Positions 53,557-64,000 of a DNA stretch of 64,000 nt are shown piece after piece. The translations under genes and the position numbers were made by a program. The DNA is from Polymyxa betae A26-41 (lineage: Eukaryota; Protista; Endomyxa: Phytomyxea): contig RBZT01000415.1 of NCBI GenBank assembly GCA_003693705.1, positions 148,697 through 212,696 on the forward strand, written 5' to 3'. Each line of letters begins with the position of its first letter. Positions within the stretch are counted from its first letter, which is position 1. The notes below the pieces were generated by a model. That model was given only the letters and a program-made list of their open reading frames with translations, was not told the origin of the DNA and searched no databases.

Positions 53557-56500
53557 ATGATGATACTATCCGAGTCCCACAACACTGAGATCTCATCAGA
53601 CTTCTTTCAATACAGGCGCCAGTTGCAGTTAGATCTCATTACCTTTGTCCACATCTTGAGCGAAGCTCAGCTACTGCCGACGTCCTCATGGCTCACCTGC
53701 CTATTCACCGCTGTTTGCTTAAAACGATTAACTGCTGTGCTCACGAGTGAATTGCATGTTTAGATCGAATTGCTGCAGAGCGCTTCTCTGTTCTTCTTAC
53801 CAAATACAAGCTGGGCGGACAATAATATCGATGTGATCTCCAAGCTGCTGAGCGTTTTAAGGCTCGGATTCATTACAGATTCTATACAATACGATTCGAT
53901 GCTCCTTTGGATTGTGCACGTAATAATTTTATCGATATTGATATCCGGTATCATTATTGGCAGATGGATCCGTCAGGTATTCAGCTTTGCATCTTTCGAT
54001 GAAGACTGAAAGCTTCTCAGTACAACTGGAATCCATCATCCATTGTTAAAGTAGTTCTAGCTATCTCTTGCCAAAGTATTTCTGGCATTTTCTTTATTCC
54101 AATAATTTTGCTGCTACTTAACAGTCTTAAATGCCCAGTTCACGGCTGCAATGGTTCGATGCACTCATCTTCACCTTTCTCTTTGCTAATCGTTTCCAGA
54201 TTCGCTGTACTGGGCCCTGATGAGTGTCACATTGATAGTCTTGAGTCTGTTTACAGGCTTGATTTTGATGATATCGTTGATAATGATTCACGAGCAACCG
54301 AATAAATCAACGTTATGTAGTGGACCTGTCACCTCAGCTGGATTTTCTCGAGCAATGGGGACCATCGTTCTGGGTAATGTCATTCATTTTGCTACTAATC
54401 GCTAATCGTTTGTTCCCAGCTGTGCTTATGCTACTTTGTTCATCATCTCGAGCTCTTGTGACAGTATCGTCATTGGCTGCTGCGGCTATCGCGGCTTACG
54501 TGGCGTACATATACACAATGTACCAGCCTTTCTACTCAGCCTCGTATCGGAAACTTCTGGCAGCGTCACTTTGGGTAATTTCCTGGGCAGCGGTCTGCAA
54601 ATTTGTCAATTCTATTCTTGTTGCTTTGTATGTCTTCTAGTGCTACTGAAATGAATTTTGACTCTTCTCCAGCGATGTTGAACATACAGGGATGCTTGCT
54701 CCATTTCTTATAGGATCGATACTGTTAGCAGTTTGCATTTGTTTGATTTGTGACGTCCGTTGCAACAACATTGCGATTCGACCGAATGAGCAGTTGCAGT
54801 CCCCAATGGAATATGAGCTAAAGGTAAAAAACTGTGTCAATTTTCTTTCGGGATCTATCATGCCTCTGCAAAATAACCAAATCATAAGAAATGCTCATTC
54901 CGTTGTAGATTCGCCTGCTGTTTCTAGCAGATGGTGCAAATACAGAATCCATTAAAAGCCTCGATACTATGTGGAACGAGTGCACAACAAGGTACATGCT
55001 TATTTTATCATTTTGAGTATAGATGTTTGAAGATCACATTATAGATTTCCTCTCTTATTCACCGCCTTCTTGCATCGTGGCAATTTTTATAAGCTGTTTA
55101 CGCGTCGTCCATATATCGCCCTGCAAATGTTTAACAAGGTAATCGCGTACCGTATCCATCTTAGTCTCCTGATTGCTGACATGTTAAAGGCATCTAGTCT
55201 AACAACTTCGCTGATTGAAGACATTCTCGTTAATCGCGCTAGAATAACAATCGTCAATCTGCACCTGGATGCTGAATTCTGTCGAATTTTGAACCATGAA
55301 AAAGAGGTCAAACGTGCCAGATCGCTCGATTCAGCTGCTGCTTTCAGCTTGGTCAGTCTGCTCTATTTAGTTGTTCATAATCGTCGTTACGCTCACTATA
55401 ATGCAGATGTCATTCTGGGAAGAGGCAAGCTTAATAAGCCCGGATGTGTATAAAATCCAACACCTCATGTCCAAACTATCAACTGATATAACAGCGGCCG
55501 AGGCTTGTTATAAAGCTATTCTGATTCAATTTCCGAATGATGTGTCGATATTGCGCTCTTATGCTGGATTTTTGATCGATACTGTCAGTAAATCTTGTGT
55601 GATTGTACCAAACTCAGACATTTCGCTGTTCAGATGAACGACACAGTTTCAGGACAAGAAACCTCATTGCGAGCTACCGATCAGGATTTCCTCCGTCAAA
55701 GTGGATCTGACCATTCTTCTGTATGTTTGCGAAATGTTCTAATTAAAATTCCACTGAACATTATAGGGCTTGAGTGAGAAATCCATGCATGTGATTTTAT
55801 CAACCGATGAGAAATCCTTTGGCATCATTAAAGCAGCGAGCCAAGCAGTTTGTCGGCTATTAGGTCAATCCAAATCGGAATTAGAAGGAAAGCATTTTGC
55901 TGCTCTGTCGTTTAATGCATTGAAATCATATTACACCGAAATGCTCCAAAAGCTCTTCCAAGATGTTGAAGCTGATTCTAACAAAGAGACTCAACCGGTC
56001 AGCTCTACTTGATTTTTTTCTAACAGACAACAACCAGTTTTGACATGCTTTCCAGAAACTGCTGGCAATGCATTTGAATCGATCGCTGATCGTAACTGAA
56101 ATCAAATTACATTGCTTTATCGATTCTGATGAGTTACTCATCGTTGGGGAGCTGAGTTCCGTTGTCTCTGATGATCATGTCCTTCACCTCCTGGTCGACA
56201 TCGCTGCAGATGATAGCGATCCGAGAATCATTGCATGTTCCCTTCAATTAAGCAATTTAATTGGTCTTAGCCCTGGTAAGTTGTCATCATCATGCCAAAT
56301 CTTGAAATGAGCTCCTTTAGATTTTGTCTTTCATGAGCGACTACCAGTATCCAACATACTTCCAGAATTCAGCGAGCAGTATGAATCTTATTTAAGTTCG
56401 AAAGGACGCATCACAAACCTCAAGGTGTCTAGCCGTCAAGGTAGTGAATTAGTCATATTTCTCTAGCTGTGTTCCTTATTTGGAGTGCTTACTACGTTTA

Positions 56501-59279
56501 CATGTTTCGGCGCGACTTCTTTTCTGGATCTTCTGTATACATGCGTCTTTAATCGTAGTTACAGATGATGATAAGATATTCAGCACAGTTCCTGTTACAA
56601 TTCAAATGGAGCTAATGAATATCGAAAGCCGCTCGATAGGACTTGTTTGCCTCAAATGTAGGGCACTGACACACTGCAATGTGAACTCTAAGGATTCTAA
56701 ATCATCTGCTTAGCCGAGCCTGTATCATCCGATGATATCGTTATTGATAATGAACCTGATCGAGTAAATATCGGAAATGACCGCCTCGATTAACTAATGA
56801 AATTCAAAATTAGATACACGAATTGAAATTCCATGACGACACTGCGATTTCGAGCCAACATCAAGAAGATGCTCTATCGTCGCAGGCCGAGGGAAGCTCG
56901 GAAACCGATCAAAAAGATCCATTTCAGCTTCTCGATGAATCAGAAAGCAAATCCGGTTCTGATAGTTACGACTTGGAACTTGATGTCACTTCCAACCGAT
57001 TAACGCCACGGGACAGACAGGAAGATGATGTTTCATTGAATCTATCTTCATCGCATCGTTCCGACGATCCTTCGATGTCTTCTGCCGTAACCAAACGCCT
57101 GATGTACTCAGCCAAGCGCCTTGGTTTGAACGAGACGTTTCTTCGACAGAATCGAAAACGTGATCGACTGGTATTCTCCACGGTTTATGAAGTAATTTTA
57201 ATGTTCCTGAGTTTGTGATAGAAGAGGATCAGAATTTATCTTTTGCTGATCACCCTATTTGCATTTGCTTCAGCTGTTACCATGCATTCTTCTACGAGTG
57301 CCTTACTGGATTCTTGGATTTCCAATCTCCGGTTGGTGCAGACCTCAGGATATCTCAGGTTAAGCGAATCTTCAGTCCTGAATGCTTTATAACAGTGTCT
57401 GTTTAGATACTTGTTGATATCAATTGTTATGATGACAAAGCGAATAATTCAAGGAGAGGAAGTCGAATCTGCTCGTTCCAACCTCGTAGAAATCTCTAAT
57501 CAATTTGATATGATTAGTAATAACCTGTTCGCCAACCGAATGTCTTTGCGTTCAACACATCGTGATCTGTTATTTGCCAATGCGCTGACCGTACAAAAGT
57601 TGATCGACTCGCAAATCATCTTAGACAAGGTGACTCTTTGGGACGCTGCACGCCTAGTGGTTTCTTCTACAAGATCGATAACAAATACGGATGCTGTATC
57701 GCATTCTGATCGTCATGCATTCTTTCTCCTTCAAAATTACGAAAGTAACGACGTCATTGATATCACGATGGACAGTAACATGTTCTTGTAGCACCTATTC
57801 TTCGTGGCCTGAACGATAGTACTTTTCAATATGAGACAGCTGGGCAGCTTACCAAATCGAAAATCAACCAAGTGTTCATCGCGGTGATCTCGGTCTCCCT
57901 AACCGCCTTGTTATTAATCGCTCTGTTTATGATCAGACCAGATATCTGTCAGGTTGGATTGTTTGTTTACAAAAACCAATATTTGTTTTCAGTTTTCTGA
58001 ATGCTCAATTTTTTTTGCTGCTTCAAGTTATTTACTCAAACTTAATTGATTTTTGTTGGCAACCAGGTAGAGCAGGACAGTACAAATTTGTTAATTCGGA
58101 TTTTGCAAGTCGCACCTAAGGTCATGTCCGAGAGAAGAGCAAAGGCTGTGAACCGGTTGGTTCTTCTTGGTGAACTGGAAAGCGATGAAATATACCATGT
58201 TAGATAGCTTCATAGTTTTGATTTCAAAAATTCATGTGCTCTCTTAGCGTGATAAATTGAGACAAGCGGAAGATATAAAAAGCCATAATAGGAATGTAAG
58301 GATTGTTATTAAAAAGCTAAGAACCGTTTCCGTTCATGAGGTATGTTGAAATTGTTCAGATAGAAGTTGATCTGCTAACATTTGTGTAGAAAGTCTATAT
58401 AACGATGAAGATCGTCATCCCGATTGTCTTGCTCTCAGCTTACTATGCCTTATTTTACATTGTTGATTACAATGCTATGGGCCCTAATCTGTCTCATTCG
58501 TCGTCGTTAATTAACTGGAGTTCGTATGAGCAGATGGCTATCAGGCGCGTGCTGTTGGACGAATTCAACTTGGTCATTTGGAATAATGATTCCGGTACAT
58601 CTGGTGACGTGATCACGGCTGTTAATGAACTTCAGCGAGTCCATAACGATCTAGTGTATGGTGATCAATCAGCAAATACTTTAAGTTTGATTCGGTATCC
58701 TTCATTCTCTACACAGGTTTTTTCCCATTGCGTAATTTCAACAAGATCTCTGAATGCGACTTACAGGACAATGTATTATTTCGAAGTGCTTGCGATGCAC
58801 AAGATCCTACATGCTCAAATCTTTATAACGGCTTGTTAACAAACGGCCTACATGTTATGATACTCAATTATCTTCATCAAACTCGGCAGCTATTGCCGAC
58901 ATCGAACGAAACATGGACCAATCGAGAATCTCAAATTGATCAGTTATTTAACCTAGAATCCGAATATATTCAGGTAGAAATCTTTTCAATTATTTTTGTG
59001 TGGCCTTATTTTAAACGGGACAACTATCATTCTATTTCAAACTGCAATCATTTCTCTGAGGACCCATGTTAGGGCACCGTGACAAGAGGAATAGTTTCGC
59101 TGATTTCCGACATATCTGATACTATTTCAAAATATCATGCTACATTCGGGCTGGTTTTGCTGCTGAGCTTCATTCTGGCTCTCGCGATGACATATTGCTG
59201 GATTTATTCTCCGCTCACTGCCAACGTGGCAGTACGTGAAAAGCACATTGATACCATCACGAAGCTGTTACCAACATGA
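53557..59279 (+). CDS. TmcB/TmcC-like multi-pass membrane protein with TPR-like region and PAS domain
   Basis: N-terminal TM bundle; FWEE...AEACYKAILIQFPNDVSILRSYAGFLIDT; PAS-like GIIKAASQAVCRLLGQSKSELEGK; two C-terminal TM-flanked extracellular modules; about 25 short introns. Confidence 0.7.
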
Positions 59280-59388
59280 TCTAAGCAAGAAGCAGCTGCC
59301 GCATATCAGCGAATGGTTGGGAGGAGTGATGCCTTCTCTCGGTAAATGCCCTAGCTTTGTTGGCTATCCAGATAAACAGCGATATGGT

Positions 59389-60151
59389 TTAATCAGATAC
59401 GAACATGTGCTCGTAATCTAAGCAATCATGAGGGAAATCATCAGGATTGTCAGATACGGGAATGTCATCAGGTATTCGCTGGATAAATTCTTGGAATGCG
59501 GCCAGGTCCTGTAGGCGCACCTGCGACACGAACAAGCCCATCTGCCCATATAAATCGATGCGAATTTCGGAAAGTACGAAGGTCCCTTGAATATTGGCTT
59601 TAAGAACGTACAACAATTGGCCGCCATCACCTGGGATCTTCACGAATCCGTCTTCTCTCATTGTGATCAAGCTGAGCACCAGCTTGTACCATGCCGATTT
59701 CACTGTGTGGCTGAAATCGATACAGTTCCCAAAGCCATCGACAAAACAGAATTCACGATTGGGTTCTCGTTCCGATTTGTGAGGTTTGAGTGCTGCCAGT
59801 AATGGAACCAGAGCGTCCGTATCAATTGGGCAATTAGCAGAAGGCTCCATGGAAATCTCTACGTCGGTCATCATTGTCAAAAGAATCAGGCATAGATCTT
59901 GGATTCGAGTATCGTCAGCAGGTCCAAAATGCGCATAATCAATTTTCAGGATTAATCCATGATGTCCTTCGTTTGGTTCTTTGCTTGAAGTTGAACGCAG
60001 GCAGGTTTCCACATTATCGAATAGGCTCTCTTCGTCCCCAGTTGACGTGCTTAGAAACTGAATTTCCTTTCTGTATGTTCGCGGACTCTTAGGGGAATAT
60101 GGGTTTCAGGTAATAATCCTTTCCAATCTGGAAACTATAGCAAGACACCAT
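59389..60151 (-). CDS. Hypothetical protein
   Basis: ORF 59389-60012 stays open up to an acceptor near 60089. The ATG at 60151-60149 is followed directly by a gtgtct donor (phase 0). Confidence 0.5.
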
Positions 60152-60186
60152 CGTACCAGTTGGTGCTTATGTAACTATGCCTATGG

Positions 60187-60490
60187 TGGTACCCGCCATC
60201 TTAACTCGAAATTTCCCTCTGTGATAAATAAAGCTGCGCAACTGCGCACTTTTGTGTAATCATGGAAAAGACTTGGGAAGATAAACATGCGTGATAGAAA
60301 TTTCAAAGCTTTTTGTGAACAAACACCGTCAAAAATATTGAAATCTGAAATTTGAATACGCAAATCGATTCGTCTTGACGAGATCTTTTAAATACAGTAA
60401 CTAGGTCCCGTCCTTGGACTCAATTGGCGGACGAGTTTCAAATCTCAGTGGCTCCTTAGTAAAATTGTCGTGTTACGGTGGCGGGTACCA
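60187..60490. mobile_element. MITE-like element with ~28-bp imperfect terminal inverted repeats
   Basis: TGGTACCCGCCA at 60187-60198 and its exact complement at 60479-60490, extending imperfectly (tcttaactcgaaattt vs ccgtaacacgacaattt); AT-rich non-coding interior. Confidence 0.6.
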
Positions 60491-60995
60491 TACCAATTCG
60501 ATTAAGACTTTTTAGATATGCAGAATAACTAAGGCCCAGCAAGTTCGGAAAAATGAGCCATACGAGTGCGATTAAGCTTATTCCCGCGGTTCTGATGCCA
60601 TTGAAGAACATTATGCCAGGTATTCATGATTGGCGACAAAATCATATGTATAGATCAAGGAAACTTCGCATATAGTTGCTCGCACTGAAGCGACAATGGT
60701 GAGGATTGGATTCGGGTACGGCCGTTGATACGAGAGTTCGGCGTTTGAATTAAAAGTCCAAAAATTTACTTCCAGCAACAGCCGCCTTATACTATCGATA
60801 CTTTTGTCATTGAACCGGGAAGGGTATTATCAAAGTTTAGACGGTATTGGGAATTTGAAAGATCGCTTGATTAATAAACTGGTTTAGGTAACAATCGGCC
60901 ATTGAAAAAGCATCATGGTACATGCCAGTGATTTTAGGCATGCTCTCGTCCCGATAAAGATGCAGGGCTGAATGATGCCATTTTTGAGAGTACAA

Positions 60996-61806
60996 TCACG
61001 GTTTGATAATTTCAGTCACTTCTGAACCATCATCCACAGAAATGCCATAGACCCGGATTTCGATGACTTTTGGTCCCAACAAGCCGCTTTTTGCTTCAAC
61101 GAAAATCTTTCGAATATAGGCCTTCTTGTCAGATATCACACCTTGTGCCCGAGGATATTTTTTCCCGCTTTTTCCTTCTACTAGGACAAGCTCGATGTCC
61201 TTCGAGGGCAATGCAACCAAGATAAGCTTGTAAACGTTCTTATCAGTTTTTTGAGGCCAGATCCCATCTGCATTAAAGGTTAAGCGTCAGACTAAGAAAA
61301 CAAACTCATGTGACATTGGAAGTTTAAAACCACAGAAAATATGAACTGCCATTAGCAGCACTTTTAAAAAAGATGTCTTCAAATGAATGTCTATTCAACA
61401 ACATAATTCTGTAGAAAAACTGAAAACCAAAACCAAATAAAGAGTTGATAAATTGAAAGCTCCTCAATACATACAAGCCATTTTGCTTTCGACCATATTG
61501 AGGGCAGATTTGAAACTGGTCTGCCCCTTAGCTTGTAATTTCTTCATATATGCATCATCAATATCTTGCCAGTAAACAGTAATTGGATTAGAAATATTCA
61601 GGTTATCATCATCCATCATCGCCTCATACACGACGATGTTTTCGTTCGTACTCCTCTCAATAATAAACACAATACTGCCACCCATAATTAATTTTAGAAA
61701 ATTGCAAGAATAACCGAAGATTCCAGTACTTTTCATTAACTAATTCTGGGCATTTGGCACGCTGGGCTTCGGTTGTGCAATAGAAGGGCTCGGGTATGGC
61801 AGCCAT
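60996..61806 (-). CDS. DUF4833 family protein
   Basis: Introns 61675-61729 and 61268-61474. VFIIERSTNENIVVYE...PITVYW...LNMVESKMAYG...LVALP...IRKIFV...PKV...YG. Confidence 0.75.
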
Positions 61807-62379
61807 GGCGATCCGATTGAAAAGAACGACTGAAGATGAATAGCTATGACGAGCAGGCCGGCAGAAGATGACAGCCAAGAGCAAAAGAGAAGATGCTGCA
61901 GAGAAGTGATGAGAGAAACGATGGAGGCCGAGACCCCAAGACCCCAATATTGACCCCACTACCCCAGGGACCAGCTCACCAGATCAGAACACAATCATCT
62001 CATTTAACTGGTGATTTGATTGATTGATGCTTCAAAATCTTGGAACCAGGAGCACCTGTCTGAAGGCATCATACCGTAACGACTTCTGGCGTTGCAATTT
62101 GGACATATCGCTGTCTATTGACCTTAGGTCAGCAAACTACAGCAGTCGTAATTGAATAGAATCCATCACTACTGACACCAACAGTCTCGTCCTAGATTTG
62201 TTGCTGAACGCATGGGGGTGTCAGGATATATCTTTTTTCACAGCGATAAAGAATGTCAGAAATCCTTTTTTGTTCAATTACTGAAATACCTTTGGATATG
62301 AGCAGCCAGCTGGAAAGATTTGACGCCAGAAAGGTTTAGGTGCTTTCAGACCGTGCTTAGGGGGACGCTAGAGGCACCA

Positions 62380-62790
62380 TGCGAAATGTTCCAAATATCT
62401 TTAAAGAGCTTGGAAACAGACTTAACCAGTTGAAAAATTTTGATTCTTGAAGTGACTTCAAATGTCATTTCAGCCCAGTTTTTCTGCAATAATTTCTTCA
62501 AGAAGACGTTTGCGTTTTCGTGTACCGTCCGGTTGTATTTTTGTGGCAAAAAGGAATCCAGTTGAAACAAAACGAATCGGGAATAAAACACAGTCGGGTA
62601 CTGCTCGGCCAATCAATCGTTCCCGCCTGTCAACGTCGCTGCAGAATACCACCACTTATGTTTGAGCGGCCTTCATTTGATGCTCATCCAGTCGGAAACT
62701 TACCTTTTGGCAGCGGCAAGCGGGTATGGTGGCTCTACCATTTATGCACAAAATCCCAAAACTACCCTAGGTAGGTTGAACGTTCTTTGT
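62380..62790 (+). pseudogene. Decayed cytochrome P450 fragment (K helix to heme-binding loop)
   Basis: FFKKT/LRFR (K-helix ExLR-like, frameshifted) at 62494-62521; R...IG...GT...IN; PLMFERPSF (PERF-like); LPFGSGKRVW at 62700-62729, with TGG where the heme Cys belongs. Confidence 0.55.
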
Positions 62791-63065
62791 ATAATAATCC
62801 TCTATGTAAAACGGCCTAACGCAGACCAGATGTCAAACACATCCGACTATCGACCAGTCTGCTGTGAACCCGTTACCTCATTCATTTCTCTTCACTCCAA
62901 GGCATTATATGAATCCAACAACGCTCGAACGGAGCCTTGTCGATCGAAAACGGTGTTGCAATTCACAATCCCAACCAAGCGTTTACGATTCGACTCTTTT
63001 CGAAAATGGGAGCGAAACAGTAGCCAAATCATGTATTGAAGGTTCGAATGAAAGTTTGAATGCGT

Positions 63066-64000
63066 TTACAGGCAGAAATCCTTGGGATAGGCCTTCCGCA
63101 GCTCCTCCTGTAAACGGCAAACTTCAGAATACAGCGAGGACGCATCCTGCGAGTGGCCCTTATGTTTGTGCGCAGCGATTCCGGTTCCAATTGAAGTAAG
63201 CTGGCCAAGAAATGGAACTAACTGGAGATAGAGGGTGGCTGTGGATTCTGCTTCCGATTTCTGATGCATGGATTCTGAATAATCAGAAAGAAATTTGCCA
63301 AAAAGGCGGAGCTGCTGGTCGACCACATACTCGTACCGATTTTGCAGAGTTTGAAGATCTGGGTAATTCGCGATAGGGTCAAAATGTTGCCCGTAATCCT
63401 TGGCGTGTTCTTGGAGATATTTCGAAACGTCCAGCAAGCGATCATGAGTTTTGCACCAGGGCGAGCTTAAAATCGGACCTGGAACTTTGATAGCTCGGTT
63501 TCCAGAAGCACGGATCAGGTCGGTAACGAGAGGGCGGAGGCAGCCGTTCGCTGAAGTCAACACGACCGATTCGGGAGCGTAAACGGAAGAGCGCCAGAAC
63601 TGGTTAAAGCGACCAGCGATGGTCTTACGCCATTGCACGAAATCATCGCGTGACAATCGATCCTTGAGGACGTCGCATTTGCTGACGACGAAGACGATAT
63701 CGAATGGTTGAGTCACACCATAGGCCAACGTCATCATCTCCAGGTTCGTTTTAATGGTCTCCGGGACTTGACCACGTGATTGTGCCAGATCCAGAAAGAA
63801 GTAGATGCGCCGTACTGGAGCCCAATTATGGTGTTTGGCGAGCTGGACGGCCTTATCCATGCCGACCATGCATTCCTCACGCTTTTTGCTGGTCGGATTG
63901 CCGAACCCGGGAGTATCGATCACGACAATGGAATGTTTACCAATGAGGATCCTCTGGAGCGTGGTTGTGGTCGTTGGTTTGTCAGCGATGTTCCGACCCG
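63066..64000 (-). CDS. TRAFAC-class P-loop GTPase domain protein (3' part; begins beyond window end)
   Basis: PTTTTT (G2-like), VIDTPGFG (G3), VVSKCD (G4), TSANG (G5); open to the window edge, no introns seen. Confidence 0.7.
   Translation of the reverse strand, partial: GRNIADKPTTTTTLQRILIGKHSIVVIDTPGFGNPTSKKREECMVGMDKAVQLAKHHNWAPVRRIYFFLDLAQSRGQVPETIKTNLEMMTLAYGVTQPFDIVFVVSKCDVLKDRLSRDDFVQWRKTIAGRFNQFWRSSVYAPESVVLTSANGCLRPLVTDLIRASGNRAIKVPGPILSSPWCKTHDRLLDVSKYLQEHAKDYGQHFDPIANYPDLQTLQNRYEYVVDQQLRLFGKFLSDYSESMHQKSEAESTATLYLQLVPFLGQLTSIGTGIAAHKHKGHSQDASSLYSEVCRLQEELRKAYPKDFCL

Overview
Gene-dense, intron-rich nuclear DNA of a flagellated eukaryote. Most introns are about 40-60 nt GT-AG and spacers are often under 200 nt. 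The organism may be a plasmodiophorid or phytomyxid protist, but that is inference only. The supplied ORF track is fragmented by introns. Manual splicing gives about 26 genes: a giant HERC-like E3 ligase (runs off the left end), a RhoGAP-like protein, CCDC39, eIF2B-delta, a vacuolar sorting receptor, katanin p60, ZIP4/TEX11, a G-patch protein, AMPK-beta, NOT3/5, mS35, ALG14, TXNDC17, EMC3, an ERGIC/Erv protein, a TmcB-like PAS membrane protein, DUF4833, and a P-loop GTPase (runs off the right end). Two spliced domain fusions stand out. The first is a ~2205-aa soluble-adenylyl-cyclase (ADCY10-type) / P-loop / PH / PH / class I phosphodiesterase protein (41010-47912, -). The second is an SPX phosphate/inositol-pyrophosphate sensor fused to an AstE/AspA M14 deacylase (21186-23754, +). 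Non-coding oddities are a ~315-nt nested-stem candidate RNA, two MITE-like elements, a decayed LINE reverse-transcriptase fragment and a decayed cytochrome P450. Family assignments come from motif recognition by eye, with no database searches.
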